64,000 nt of DNA from Rubripirellula sp. (GTDB lineage Bacteria > Planctomycetota > Planctomycetia > Pirellulales > Pirellulaceae). Below are positions 19,095 to 29,173 of this stretch, in pieces. The first letter of the stretch is position 1. Every line of letters starts with the position of its first letter. The notes beneath the pieces were generated by a model. It was not told the origin of the DNA, searched no databases, and saw nothing but the letters and a program-made list of their open reading frames with translations. The translations under genes were made by a program, and so were the position numbers. The DNA lies in NCBI GenBank assembly GCA_965216875.1, contig OZ244207.1, positions 7,552,001 to 7,616,000 of the forward strand, read 5' to 3'.

Positions 19095-19964
19095 TTAGCG
19101 TGCGATCCAGACCGTACACTCGGCGTGGCGGAGGACGTAACGTGAGACGCTGCCGAGCATTAAGCGGCCCAAAGCGGTGCGTTCGTGTTCGCCCACGACG
19201 ATCGTGTTGCATTGGTGTTCGTTGGCGAACTCGATGATCGCTTCACCAATGTGCTCGGATTCAACCACCGCGCCTTTGACATTGGGGACGGCTGGCTTGA
19301 GTTGGTCGACAGCTTCGGTGACCCGCTCGTTAGCGAACTGAGTCTGCTTCTCGCGTTCTTCGTTCATGTCAGGAAAGAGGTCCTGGCGGAAGGTGCGAAT
19401 GATCGGCACCACACTGAGAACATGTCCTTCGGTGGCGGAGCCCCATTCGAACTTTCCAAACTGCTTGATCGCAACATCGCTGTCCTCGGTTCCATCATGA
19501 GCGATGGTCACTCGGACATGGTCCGACGGATCTTCGCCAGGTGGTCGGACCACGAGCACACTACATTTTGCGTGCGTTGCCACATAGTCGCTGACACTTC
19601 CGAGCAGGATGCGTTCGATCGCGGAATGCCCTTTTGCGCCGAGAACGATCAATTCGGCATCGATGAGGTCGGCGGTTTCGACGATGCTTTCACCAATGTG
19701 GCCTTCGGCGACCTTGTGCGTCACCGACGCATTGGCACCAGAGAACATCTTTTCGATGTGCGCGAAATGTTCGGCTGCCGTCTCTTGCTGTTCCTTCTTA
19801 AAAGCGGGCAACCAGGCGTGAGAGCCTGCACTGGCCGAAGCTTCGGGCAAGTAAACGGTTGTCACCACCGTCAAATCAAGCGGTTCGTTGTGAGGCACGC
19901 GGCTGAGACATTCGGCGGCATGCTCGGCGTTTTTCGATCCATCCGTGGCAAGAACGACTTTCAT
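19095..19964 (-). CDS. Tandem-domain universal stress protein
   Basis: VVLATDGS...LIVLGAKG...LLGSVSDYVATHAKCSVLVV, then a second domain IAHDGT...LGSVSRYVLRHAECTVWI. Confidence 0.93.
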   Translation of the reverse strand: MKVVLATDGSKNAEHAAECLSRVPHNEPLDLTVVTTVYLPEASASAGSHAWLPAFKKEQQETAAEHFAHIEKMFSGANASVTHKVAEGHIGESIVETADLIDAELIVLGAKGHSAIERILLGSVSDYVATHAKCSVLVVRPPGEDPSDHVRVTIAHDGTEDSDVAIKQFGKFEWGSATEGHVLSVVPIIRTFRQDLFPDMNEEREKQTQFANERVTEAVDQLKPAVPNVKGAVVESEHIGEAIIEFANEHQCNTIVVGEHERTALGRLMLGSVSRYVLRHAECTVWIAR

Positions 19965-20083
19965 CAGTGGGGCACCTGGATAGGGGCGTTTGTTGTAAAG
20001 GCATGTTGGGAGGCAGTAGTTTCACTGCCTCGAAGAGGCTCGGCAAGGCGCTCAGAGGACAGCCAAGTAAAAAATGCTCATCG

Positions 20084-20896
20084 TCACGCGACACCCGACA
20101 AAGCGTAGCCGCAGGCGTACGCGAGCCCTGCGGCTGCGGCACCCACCGCGACCGTTTCGGCTGCGGATCGCCACCAGGCCTGTTGGACAAATCTCGCTTT
20201 GACCGCCCCGATCACAGCAAAGGCCACTCCGGTCAGCACGGTGCTGACCGCGAATGCCGCAAAACTCTGTTGGGAAACCCACTGATAGATGAAGGGGATC
20301 AGAGGCAAGGCCCCGACGATCATGAAGCTGATGAATGTGAATGAGGCGGCGACGACTGCATTGGGGCGATCGGTCGAGACTCCGTATTCGCTGCGGAGCA
20401 TCATGTCGACCCAACGTTTTTCGTCAGCGGTGATCGTATCGACCGCGTCTTCCAACAACTTGCCTTCGAATCCTTGTCCACGAAGGATCTGGCGAATCTC
20501 TTCCCGCTCTCCTTCCGGGCACTGGGCGATGTGCTTGTGTTCGATCTGTCGCAGTTTCTCGAGCTGTTGGTTCTCTGCACGCGTCCCCAAAAAATTGCCA
20601 GCGGCCATGCTGAAGCCGTCGCCGACCAGATTGGCAATTCCCAAAATGATTACGACCGACGGGGACAAGCCTGCGCCGGCGACTCCCGAGACGACGGCAA
20701 AGGTTGTGACCGCACCGTCAACGCCACCGTAAACCGAATCCTTCAAGTAACTTTGCCTCGGCGGCTGGGCCAGACGCTCGGCGATGTCTTCTCGTGCGTG
20801 CGAGTGCTCGAGGTTCGCTTGTTCAAGCGTCGATGCGTTTTCACAAGTCGCGTCGACTGGTTTCGCAGAATCCAAGGGAGCGCCCATGATCTTCAC
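20084..20896 (-). CDS. VIT1/CCC1 family Fe/Mn transporter
   Basis: YLKDSVYGGVDGAVTTFAVVSG, ANLVGDGFSMAAGNFL, E-rich cytoplasmic domain, GALPLIP. Confidence 0.92.
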   Translation of the reverse strand: MKIMGAPLDSAKPVDATCENASTLEQANLEHSHAREDIAERLAQPPRQSYLKDSVYGGVDGAVTTFAVVSGVAGAGLSPSVVIILGIANLVGDGFSMAAGNFLGTRAENQQLEKLRQIEHKHIAQCPEGEREEIRQILRGQGFEGKLLEDAVDTITADEKRWVDMMLRSEYGVSTDRPNAVVAASFTFISFMIVGALPLIPFIYQWVSQQSFAAFAVSTVLTGVAFAVIGAVKARFVQQAWWRSAAETVAVGAAAAGLAYACGYALSGVA

Positions 20897-21375
20897 GTCG
20901 ATGCCGATTCGTGATGTTGTTGTGCATCGTCAGTCGTCGTGTTCGGTGGCGTACGACAAACGAGAATGGGACAGGGCGAGATGCGCAGCAATTCGGTCAC
21001 GACGCTGCCCAGGAACCAGCGTGCGATGGCGCCTCGCGTGTGCGTGCCGACAACCAAGAGCTGCGTTCCAAGTTCCGTTGCTTTGGCAACCACTTGATCC
21101 GCGGCATTGCCTTGCAACAGATGCCTTCGAACGTCCTGTTCCGGCAAATCGACAACGATCGAATCGAGTTGTTCACGCAGTTGTTGCGGTAGGTCGGGAT
21201 CAGCAAACGAACCGCTAATGCCAGACATGTCGACTGCCACCATGTCGGAGGGGAACCAGACATGGACGATATCCAAAATGGCGTCACGCCGTTTCGCTTC
21301 TTCGACCGCCACTCGCAACGCCTCGTCGCATGCGTCGGTGAAGTCGATTGCGCACATAATCGATGGCTTGGTCAT
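20893..21375 (-). CDS. Universal stress protein (single domain)
   Basis: Start reassigned to MTKPSIMCAIDF; LLVVGTH...FLGSVVTELLRISPCPILV; 4-nt overlap with the VIT1 gene. Confidence 0.9.
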   Translation of the reverse strand: MTKPSIMCAIDFTDACDEALRVAVEEAKRRDAILDIVHVWFPSDMVAVDMSGISGSFADPDLPQQLREQLDSIVVDLPEQDVRRHLLQGNAADQVVAKATELGTQLLVVGTHTRGAIARWFLGSVVTELLRISPCPILVCRTPPNTTTDDAQQHHESAST

Positions 21376-21433
21376 CACTCGAACTCCGAAAGAAACGGAA
21401 ACCAACAAAAACCTTTTTTCATCCTCGGATGAA

Positions 21434-21450
21434 TGCAACAACAGTGCCAA
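21434..21450 (-). promoter_or_regulatory. sigma54 promoter of usp-VIT1-usp operon
   Basis: Minus strand TTGGCACTGTTGTTGCA, near-consensus, 59 nt upstream of ATG 21375. Confidence 0.85.
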
Positions 21451-21789
21451 TTCATCAGCGACGTCGAGGATTGGAATCCGTTCGCCAAAGTTCTGGCAAT
21501 CAAGGTACCTCGCAGCCCTTTTGCGGCCCCCAATCATCCTGACCGCGGTGAAAGTGTGCGGCTTGGCGCGCGTCTGGCCGTTGGCTGCTGCGGGCCGCGT
21601 GCATGCACGCACACCTCTAGGCCGATTGTTCCAATTATTCAGCTGTTGACCGAGGCGAAACGGTCACGGCTGGAATCGAGCTGAGAATCGGCGGGCATCC
21701 ATTGAGGCAAGACCTACGCTTGCTTGAGCAATCTTATGGGGCGCCGGTTAGGGTGGCGGCCCCAGCGAAAGAATTGTCAGGGGGCAAAG

Positions 21790-23988
21790 ATGAAAATTCG
21801 CACGAAGGTGCTGCTCGTTGCTTTGAGCGGCACGGTGATGACGGCAGTCGGCATGATCACCATGTTGGTCATCAAAAAATCGGACTGCACCGAGGTCATT
21901 CAACATGGCACTCTCGAGATGGCGAGCAGCGAATGCGACGCCATCAATCAGCGGCTCATCGACATTTTGGCGATCCAGGACAAGTCCGTTCGCAAGCATG
22001 TCGAATCGAACCTGCTGGTCGCCGATGATATTCTGCATCGTTCGGGTGATGCGCACTTGGCGGACGAAACCGTCCAGTGGAACGCGATCAATCAATTCAC
22101 AAAGAAATCCACTTCGGTAACGATTCCGGTCTTGGCCGTTGGGGACACCCACGTCGAGCCCAACCGGTCCTTCGACAGAGCATCGCCGATCGTTGATCAC
22201 GTCCAACAACTCGTCGGCGGAACGTGCACCCTATTTCAGCGGATGAACGAAGAGGGCGACATGCTCCGCGTTTGCACGAACATCAAACTGCGAGACGGCA
22301 CACGGGCGATCGGCACCTATATTCCGGCAACCAACCCCGATGGGTCCGCCAACAAAGTGGTTTCGACGGTCCTCAAGGGCGAAACCTACCGCGGATCCGC
22401 AGAAATCATGGACGAGTGGTATTTGACCGCCTACCAACCACTCTTTGATACCAACAACAAAGTGATTGGCATCCTTTACGTTGGCCAAAAACAACAAGAC
22501 ATTGCCGAAGCAAAGCAGGCAATCGTCAACACGGTGATTGGCAAAACAGGTTACGCCTGCGCGATTTCAGCGCAGGAAAAATCGAAGGGGACCTACTTGG
22601 TCTCGCCTGATGGGAACGAGGATGGCGAATCGGTCTGGGACAAAAGCGCCGACAATGGACGCAAAATCTATCAGGATCTGATCCAAGGAGCCGTCGAGAG
22701 CTCTGGCGAAACCTTCGTTGTCAGCTACCAAGACCGATTTGATGACGACGGACCTCCGCAAACCGTTGTGGCAGCTGCCCGTCACTTTGCCGCATGGGAC
22801 TGGGTGCTCGTCACCAAAGCTCCCATTCGTGACTTTGCCGAAACTTCCAGCCGCGTTTCGAATGCACTCAACACGTTGATGTGGTGGGGCATTGTCGGAG
22901 CGCTTGTGTTGACGGTGGTCATTGGAGGCATCGCTTCGATGGTGACCAAGTCGTTGACCAATCCAATTCGCAAGATGACGAACAACCTCAAGGACATTGC
23001 ACAAGGCGACGGAGACCTCACCATTCGGCTCGACGAATCACGAAACGATGAAATCGGTGAGATGGCTCATTGGTTCAATACGTTTGTTGGAAAGCTGCAA
23101 ACGATGATTGGTGAACTGGCTGGTGACGCCGAAATGCTCGCCAACTCGTCGACCGAACTTTCGTCGACAGCGACGGAGCTTTCGGGCAGTGCCGAAGAAA
23201 CCACCTGCCGCTCGTCGACGGTCGCCGCAGCGGCTGAGGAGATGTCGACGAACATGAACAACATGGCAGCGGCATCCAAGCAAATGACCGACAGTATCGA
23301 ATCGGTTGCGTGCGCTGCCGAACAGATGTCGGCAAGCATTTCCGAAATTGCGACCAACGCAGAGCAGGCGTCAACGGTCGCAAGTAATGCTGCGGAAATG
23401 GCGACCGCAAGCAACCAAACGATCGGCGAACTCGGAACGGCAGCGGACGGGATCGGCAAAGTGATTGAAGTGATCCAAGAGATTGCCGAACAAACCAACT
23501 TGCTTGCCTTGAACGCGACGATTGAAGCCGCGCGAGCCGGCGAAGCTGGGAAAGGTTTTGCTGTGGTCGCAACCGAAGTCAAGGAATTGGCAAAGCAAAC
23601 CGCCGAAGCGACCGAGGACATTCGCGGACGGGTGGAAGCCATTCAAGGCTCAAGCAATCAAGCAGTCGATTCGATCGCACAAATCAGTCAGGTGATTGAC
23701 GAGGTCAATTCGATCAGTCGCACGATCGCCTCGGCCGTCGAAGAGCAAAGTGTGACGACCCGCGATATTTCGCAGAACGTTGCCCAGACCAGTTGCGCGG
23801 TCAACTCGGTCGCCACTGGCGTGGCCGAGACGGCCAAAGCGAGCTGTGAGATTGCCGAAACGATCACCAGCGTTTCTGAAACCGCCAAGCGAACGGCGCA
23901 AAGTGCTACGGGCACGCAAGCGACCGGAGCCGAGCTCTCGCGACTGTCGACCGAGCTCACCTCGCTGGTGAATCAGTTTCAGATTTAG
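21790..23988 (+). CDS. Methyl-accepting chemotaxis protein with Cache sensor domains and HAMP
   Basis: Two TM helices; Cache-like [13 protein letters not shown]...[20 protein letters not shown]...DEIG; signalling hairpin [37 protein letters not shown]. Start set to ATG 21790. Confidence 0.93.
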   Translation: MKIRTKVLLVALSGTVMTAVGMITMLVIKKSDCTEVIQHGTLEMASSECDAINQRLIDILAIQDKSVRKHVESNLLVADDILHRSGDAHLADETVQWNAINQFTKKSTSVTIPVLAVGDTHVEPNRSFDRASPIVDHVQQLVGGTCTLFQRMNEEGDMLRVCTNIKLRDGTRAIGTYIPATNPDGSANKVVSTVLKGETYRGSAEIMDEWYLTAYQPLFDTNNKVIGILYVGQKQQDIAEAKQAIVNTVIGKTGYACAISAQEKSKGTYLVSPDGNEDGESVWDKSADNGRKIYQDLIQGAVESSGETFVVSYQDRFDDDGPPQTVVAAARHFAAWDWVLVTKAPIRDFAETSSRVSNALNTLMWWGIVGALVLTVVIGGIASMVTKSLTNPIRKMTNNLKDIAQGDGDLTIRLDESRNDEIGEMAHWFNTFVGKLQTMIGELAGDAEMLANSSTELSSTATELSGSAEETTCRSSTVAAAAEEMSTNMNNMAAASKQMTDSIESVACAAEQMSASISEIATNAEQASTVASNAAEMATASNQTIGELGTAADGIGKVIEVIQEIAEQTNLLALNATIEAARAGEAGKGFAVVATEVKELAKQTAEATEDIRGRVEAIQGSSNQAVDSIAQISQVIDEVNSISRTIASAVEEQSVTTRDISQNVAQTSCAVNSVATGVAETAKASCEIAETITSVSETAKRTAQSATGTQATGAELSRLSTELTSLVNQFQI

Positions 23989-23992
23989 ATCC

Positions 23993-24118
23993 ATGAGCCG
24001 AACGCGCTAGCGTCGGGCCTTATCACTCTTCGTAGCCACGCTCGCCAGAGCGTGGGGAGATGGAAAACCGCTAGCGTCGCGGCGAGCCGCTTGCTTGTCA
24101 TGCGGATGCATGACCTAC
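23993..24118. repeat. Mixed REP cluster (REP-A, REP-D, REP-B) between convergent genes
   Basis: REP-A from 23993; GTAGCCACGCTCGCCAGAGCGTGG 24032-24055; REP-B variant 24097-24118. Confidence 0.82.
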
Positions 24119-24127
24119 GAAGAACCC

Positions 24128-24334
24128 TCACTTTGGGCCACGAATGGCTGCGGCGATCTTTGCAAAGCCACAGTAGTTGGCTGCGCCGGAGAAGATCAGG
24201 CTGCAGCCCATGAACAGTACTAGCCAAATGACACGGAAGTCCCAAATCGCGAGCAGGCTGAACGTGACCACGAGCAGACCGTTGAGGATGCGTGCAATTC
24301 GATCATTGGAAACCGACTGACTCGTCGACATCAC
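24128..24334 (-). CDS. DUF2892/YgaP-like small membrane protein
   Basis: DRIARILNG, two TM helices, conserved 'SG...YCG' Cys motif. Confidence 0.72.
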   Translation of the reverse strand: MMSTSQSVSNDRIARILNGLLVVTFSLLAIWDFRVIWLVLFMGCSLIFSGAANYCGFAKIAAAIRGPK

Positions 24335-24867
24335 CCAACCTCTGATCCTGGTTCTTCAAAGGCAATCTGCACCGCGCGATCGAAACGCGATCGGAGCAAC
24401 TTCATTTGGTCCGTGCTCAGCCCCTGGCCGATCAGGCTCGCCACGTGCAGCAAGACAATCGCAACGATACCGGCGGGGACCAAAACGAACGCCCACGGCG
24501 TCGTATCAAGGACCCACTGGACGTAGCCGTAGATTCCGGCGGCACAGATTCCGAAGGCAACCAGGAAGTAGAAGAACATGAATCCCGTCCAGACTTCCGG
24601 TCGCGGTGCAAAGCGGCCATAGAATTGAGTTCCTTCACCGTCGTCCGATTCGAAAGCTTGAACGGAAAGGTGCGGCGACCAAAAGCGTTGATCGCTCTTT
24701 TCAATTTTGAAATCGACACAGCGTCCTGCAGACACGGCGTGGCCGGAAAGTTCGGGCGACTTGATGGCCGCGCGAATGCGCTGAATCGCTTCGTCGGGAT
24801 GCTGGGGGACATCCAACGAAAAGGTCGGTTGGAGTTTCAGTGGGCTCACTGGAATATCGCCCCACAA
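24331..24867 (-). CDS. Hypothetical two-TM membrane protein (start uncertain)
   Basis: 178 aa; soluble N-terminal part (RFWSPHL, GRFAPRPEVWT) then two hydrophobic helices; 4-nt overlap with the DUF2892 gene. Confidence 0.7.
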   Translation of the reverse strand: MWGDIPVSPLKLQPTFSLDVPQHPDEAIQRIRAAIKSPELSGHAVSAGRCVDFKIEKSDQRFWSPHLSVQAFESDDGEGTQFYGRFAPRPEVWTGFMFFYFLVAFGICAAGIYGYVQWVLDTTPWAFVLVPAGIVAIVLLHVASLIGQGLSTDQMKLLRSRFDRAVQIAFEEPGSEVG

Positions 24868-24884
24868 CAGACAAACGCAAAACG

Positions 24885-24919
24885 AAAAACGGGTCAGCCC
24901 GCACGTGCGAACTGACCCG
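24885..24919 (-). terminator. Probable intrinsic terminator downstream of the Cys-rich outer membrane protein gene
   Basis: Stem CGGGTCAG/CTGACCCG with inner GCAC-GTGC, followed by a T run on the minus strand. Confidence 0.6.
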
Positions 24920-25032
24920 GGTCGTTTGTCATTCTAGCTTATCTAGAAGCAGTCATGCGTGCGTCAATTCAGGACGAACTGACGCACGCAATTGCGTGAC
25001 TGGCAACCGGATAGATTGGCAATCGTTTCGGC

Positions 25033-26118
25033 TTAGTAGCGAACGATCATTTCCAGCTGGATACGATCTTTGATCACATCGCGGAAACTGGTCAGCGGGA
25101 ACTCGTACGAGAAACCAGCTTCGATGTTGGTCTTAGGCTTGTACTTGAAGCCAACGCTTTGAGTCACCAAGTCGTTGTTGGTCGTGTTGGTCGTTGGCAG
25201 GTTGAACAAGTCTTGGCCAGCTTCCATCAAAGGCAGACCCGTTGCAGCCGAATCGACCCAGTGCCACCAAGCAAGCTCGGTCACCAAGTAGGCCTTTTCG
25301 GTCATGCGAACGTCGAAGTGATTCGACCAGTGGATCGATTCGCTGTTGCTTTGCCCGTCGACAGGTTTACGCCATCCGAATGCGCTCAACCAGTGAGCGT
25401 TGCCATCCATCAAGCGTTGGCCGGCGGTTGCGAACAGGTGGAATTCGCCGTCGCCGTTGCGTTGCAGAGCGCGGCGCGATCCGACAGGCATTTCGTAGGT
25501 GAAACCAACCGAAGCGAGTGTTCCCGAGCAGGTGTCACGCAAGACATTGTATTTCAGGCCAGCCGAAACGTCGGCCCAACCATCGTCAAGCAAAGCGTCC
25601 AGGCCGCCGTTTTTGACGCGATCGACGATGAAACCGTCTTTCACAGCGATGATGCTCAATCGCTCGGTCAATGCGATACGGAACTGAACAGCAAACAGTT
25701 GAACGGCGCCGTCAGCACTCACTGCCCCACCCGAAAGGGTACGTGGCAGGTTGTGGTGTACGAAAATCGGGCGAATTTCGGTCAGCGTACGTGGGTCTTC
25801 GAAAAAGACGAAGTTGATCATCGGGCTGACGAAATCGTCAAAGCAGTGGTCGCTTGGTTTGATCAAACCGAGCAACTTCATGCGGCCCATGCAATCGCAG
25901 AGCTTCCCTTTCATTCCACATCCACTGCAAGGATCGCAGCAGGACATGACCGAATCACAGCCAGAGTCACATCCGAGATCACAGCAAGAGTCGCAGTCGC
26001 AACAGGCTGAGTCGCAACAAGTATCGACAGCTTCGCAGCAGTCTGCCCCATAGATTGGCTGCTGGGTGGCGAATGCCAATGCCCAAACCACAGCAGCGGT
26101 AAGCGTCAGTGCTTTCAT
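25033..26118 (-). CDS. Putative outer-membrane beta-barrel protein with Cys/Asp-rich N-terminus
   Basis: RBS GAAGGA before ATG 26118; signal peptide; CCEAVDTCCDSACCDCDSCCDLGCDSGCD segment; alternating amphipathic strands; C-terminal aromatic residue (EMIVRY). Confidence 0.65.
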   Translation of the reverse strand: MKALTLTAAVVWALAFATQQPIYGADCCEAVDTCCDSACCDCDSCCDLGCDSGCDSVMSCCDPCSGCGMKGKLCDCMGRMKLLGLIKPSDHCFDDFVSPMINFVFFEDPRTLTEIRPIFVHHNLPRTLSGGAVSADGAVQLFAVQFRIALTERLSIIAVKDGFIVDRVKNGGLDALLDDGWADVSAGLKYNVLRDTCSGTLASVGFTYEMPVGSRRALQRNGDGEFHLFATAGQRLMDGNAHWLSAFGWRKPVDGQSNSESIHWSNHFDVRMTEKAYLVTELAWWHWVDSAATGLPLMEAGQDLFNLPTTNTTNNDLVTQSVGFKYKPKTNIEAGFSYEFPLTSFRDVIKDRIQLEMIVRY

Positions 26119-26480
26119 TGTATTTCCTTCGAGTGCCATTTTCCGGTGGTACCAGCGTGTGGGACGACTATGGACTTGCATCGTCAAGTGTTAAGGTCGT
26201 AACGCAAGGAGAAGAATTCGCACCGAAAGACCCGCAAAATCAGCCTCACTTTGCTCGACGTCCACGCATTATGTGGAACTAATCCGATTATGCGGATTTG
26301 GTATGCGTGACAATTTGCACGGTGCCCACATCTGTGACCGCGTGGCACACTTCTGCACGCATAGGCTGCGCGATGGCGCACCAACGAAAACGGCGACTGG
26401 GACGCCCTACTTCGAAAGAAAGGCCGAAAAATCGGCCCAACAGTCCCTCCGCGACACACTGTCGCACAGTCCTGCATCGA

Positions 26481-26497
26481 TTGGCACTGTCATTGTT
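26481..26497 (+). promoter_or_regulatory. sigma54-like promoter upstream of ccoNO (non-canonical -12: TTGT)
   Basis: TTGGCACTGTCATTGTT: consensus -24 box and correct spacing, C-to-T change at -12; ~110 nt upstream of GTG 26606. Confidence 0.55.
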
Positions 26498-26605
26498 ATA
26501 CTCAGCCCGCCTACCGGTAGTCCTTATGCATCGACCCCGTGCACTCGGCATGGGGCCCACCTACCGAACCAGACGACAACCAACCCTTTGTGGAAGGAAA
26601 GCAGC

Positions 26606-28987
26606 GTGGCCATAGACGCGGCAATTTCGGAGACTGACGCCGACCCAGATGCCTACCAGGCCGACCGGGCAGATGGCCCGATCGAGTCCTTTTCTTATGA
26701 CGACGATGTGGTCCGCAAGTTTGCGACGGCCACGATTTTCTGGGGCCTGATCGCGACCGTTGTGGGCCTCGTCGTCGCGTTGCTCTTGGTCCTTCCCAAA
26801 CTTTTTGGATCGGCCGAATGGCTGACCTTCGGACGACTTCGGCCGCTGCACACCAACGCGGCGATCTTTGCATTCGCGGGCAACGGTATTTTTGCCGCGA
26901 TCTACTACAGCACTCAGCGGCTTTGCAAAGCTCGCATGTGGAGCGACACGCTCTCGAGGCTGCACTTTTGGGGCTGGCAACTGATCATCGTTGCCGCGGC
27001 AGTCACCCTGCCGCTGGGGATCACACAAAGTAAGGAATACGCCGAACTGGAATGGCCGATCGACTTGGCGATCGCAGTCGTTTGGCTCGGTTTCTTTGGC
27101 GTCAACTTCATGATGACGCTGATCAATCGCCGCGAGCGTCATATGTACGTCGCGCTTTGGTTCTATATCGCGACGATCGTGACCGTGACCGTGCTGCACG
27201 TGTTCAACAACCTCGTCGTTCCCGTGGGTTGGGGCAAAAGTGTTCCGATCTACGCCGGCGTGCAAGACGCATTCATGCAATGGTGGTACGGCCACAACGC
27301 GGTGGCGTTCTTTCTGACCACGCCGTTCCTCGGGCTGATGTACTACTTCTTGCCCAAGGCAGCGAACCGACCGGTTTTTAGCTACAAACTTTCGATCATC
27401 CACTTTTGGTCGCTGGTCTTTATCTATATCTGGGCTGGCCCTCACCATTTGCATTACACCGCCCTTCCCGAATGGGCTTGTACCCTCGGGATGCTCTTTA
27501 GCTTGATGCTTTGGATGCCCTCGTGGGGTGGGATGATCAACGGATTGTTGACCCTTCGTGGTGCTTGGCAAAAAGTCTCGGCCGATCCCGTGCTGAAGTT
27601 CTTTGTCGTTGGCATCACCTTCTACGGCATGTCGACCTTCGAAGGCCCGATGCTCAGTATCAAGAGCGTGAACGGGCTGAGTCACTACACCGACTGGACC
27701 ATTGCTCACGTTCACTCAGGGGCGCTTGGCTGGAACGGGATGATGACGTTCGGCATGCTCTACTGGCTAACTCCGCGTTTGTTCCAAACGAAGCTTTGGA
27801 GCGAGAAGGCGGCGTCACTGCACTTCTGGGTCGCCTTCCTCGGCATCCTGCTTTACATCGTGCCGATCTACATTGCTGGTTTGCAACAAGGCATCATGTG
27901 GCGAGCCATGGACGAGCAAGGCAACCTGATGTGGGACTTTGTTGAACCCATTTCGGAAGTCGCATTCCTGTGGTGGATTCGAGTCTTTGGCGGTTTGCTT
28001 TTTGTTGGCGGCATCGTCGTGATGGTCGTCAACTACGTGATGACTTGGACGACCCGTCCAGCGAAGTACGACGTTCCGGTCTACGAAGCAGCACGCCTAA
28101 GTAAGGTCGCACCGGCTGATCCAGCCGAACCTGAAAGCGAATTGAAAGAAGCACCCGTTCTTGATACGGCTCGCAAGTTCGAAGTTTGGACCAAGATGGG
28201 GTGGCACCGCCGATGGGAACGATTGCCCGTTCGCTTTACCGTGCTGACAACGCTTGCAGTGGTGATTGCAAGTTTGTTTGAGATTATCCCGACGTTCTTG
28301 ATTCGCAGTAACGTGCCAACGATCGCTTCGGTCAAGCCTTACACGCCACTCGAACTTGCTGGTCGTGACATCTACATTTCCGAGGGTTGTTACAACTGTC
28401 ACTCGCAAATGATTCGTCCGATGGTTGCCGAAACCAAACGATTTGGTGACTACAGCAAACCGGGCGAGTTTATCTACGACCGACCGTTCCAGTGGGGCAG
28501 CCGTCGAATCGGTCCCGACTTGGCACGCGAAGGTGGCAAGCAGAGCAGCTATTGGCACTGGCGTCACTTCGAAGACCCTCAGGTCTACTATGCCGATTCG
28601 GTGATGCCGTCGTTCGTGCATCTGCTGGATACGGAATTGAACTTTGAAGCGATCACCGACCGAGTGGTTGCCGCAAAGATGTTGGGGGCTCCCTACGAAG
28701 AAGAGTTGACTAACGCACCCGAAATGGCCCGCAAGCAAGCCGAACAGATCGCCGCCGACATCGTTTCTCAAGGGGGAACGGTCAAGCGTGGTGACTTGAT
28801 GACGTTTGACTCGCAAGCGGTCGCCTTGATCGCTTACCTGCAACGACTTGGCGTCGACGCGACTGCCCCGGCAGCCCCAGCGGAGCCACCCGCCGAAGAA
28901 AAACCTGCCGAGGGCGAAGCCGAACAACCGGTTGCCGACGGCAGTGACTCGGACGAACAACAAACCTTGACCAGCGCGAAAAATTAG
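26606..28987 (+). CDS. ccoN: cbb3-type cytochrome c oxidase, fused subunits I and II (CcoNO)
   Basis: FGRLRPLHTN, QWWYGHNAVAF, WAGPHHLHY, IAHVHSGALG; CcoO part EGCYNCHSQMIRP, WGSRRIGPDLAR. Start set to GTG 26606 after RBS GGAAGGA. Confidence 0.96.
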   Translation: MAIDAAISETDADPDAYQADRADGPIESFSYDDDVVRKFATATIFWGLIATVVGLVVALLLVLPKLFGSAEWLTFGRLRPLHTNAAIFAFAGNGIFAAIYYSTQRLCKARMWSDTLSRLHFWGWQLIIVAAAVTLPLGITQSKEYAELEWPIDLAIAVVWLGFFGVNFMMTLINRRERHMYVALWFYIATIVTVTVLHVFNNLVVPVGWGKSVPIYAGVQDAFMQWWYGHNAVAFFLTTPFLGLMYYFLPKAANRPVFSYKLSIIHFWSLVFIYIWAGPHHLHYTALPEWACTLGMLFSLMLWMPSWGGMINGLLTLRGAWQKVSADPVLKFFVVGITFYGMSTFEGPMLSIKSVNGLSHYTDWTIAHVHSGALGWNGMMTFGMLYWLTPRLFQTKLWSEKAASLHFWVAFLGILLYIVPIYIAGLQQGIMWRAMDEQGNLMWDFVEPISEVAFLWWIRVFGGLLFVGGIVVMVVNYVMTWTTRPAKYDVPVYEAARLSKVAPADPAEPESELKEAPVLDTARKFEVWTKMGWHRRWERLPVRFTVLTTLAVVIASLFEIIPTFLIRSNVPTIASVKPYTPLELAGRDIYISEGCYNCHSQMIRPMVAETKRFGDYSKPGEFIYDRPFQWGSRRIGPDLAREGGKQSSYWHWRHFEDPQVYYADSVMPSFVHLLDTELNFEAITDRVVAAKMLGAPYEEELTNAPEMARKQAEQIAADIVSQGGTVKRGDLMTFDSQAVALIAYLQRLGVDATAPAAPAEPPAEEKPAEGEAEQPVADGSDSDEQQTLTSAKN

Positions 28988-28996
28988 GAAGGTGCA

Positions 28997-29173
28997 ATGC
29001 TTAGAGATGTGATTCGAGCGATCGATTACAGCGACTGTGCCGAAATCGCGCTGATGCTGTTCTTTGTCGCCTTTGGACTGACTTTGCTGACGACGTTTCG
29101 ATTGTCGCGGCAAGCGACCGACAAGTTCGCCTCCATTCCTCTTTCAGACAACGTGGAGGACCCACGATCGTGA
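28997..29173 (+). CDS. ccoQ: cbb3 oxidase small subunit CcoQ (58 aa, absent from the ORF track)
   Basis: MLRDVIRAIDYSDCAEIALMLFFVAFGLTLLTTFRLSRQATDKFASIPLSDNVEDPRS; RBS GGAAGG; single TM with 'lfF..F' and 'A.iPl.D'; stop overlaps the ccoP GTG. Confidence 0.85.
   Translation: MLRDVIRAIDYSDCAEIALMLFFVAFGLTLLTTFRLSRQATDKFASIPLSDNVEDPRS

Noticed and set aside
26341..26357. TGGCACACTTCTGCA as a second sigma54 promoter for ccoNO
   Set aside because: Spacing is GG-N9-GC.
26273..26605. 111-aa N-terminal extension of CcoN in the ORF track (similar extensions at 21376-21612, 45498-45680, 48713-48763, 40400-40498)
   Set aside because: These cover promoter regions; better starts, several with a clear RBS, lie downstream.
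26190..26605. FNR/FixK or CRP box upstream of cco
   Set aside because: No TTGAT-N4-ATCAA or convincing TGTGA-N6-TCACA found by eye.
26561..29113. Long - strand ORFs opposite ccoNO (likewise 19185-20108, 31926-33116, 47717-48793, 60685-61701, 62912-63535)
   Set aside because: Antisense to well-supported genes; typical of GC-rich codon bias.
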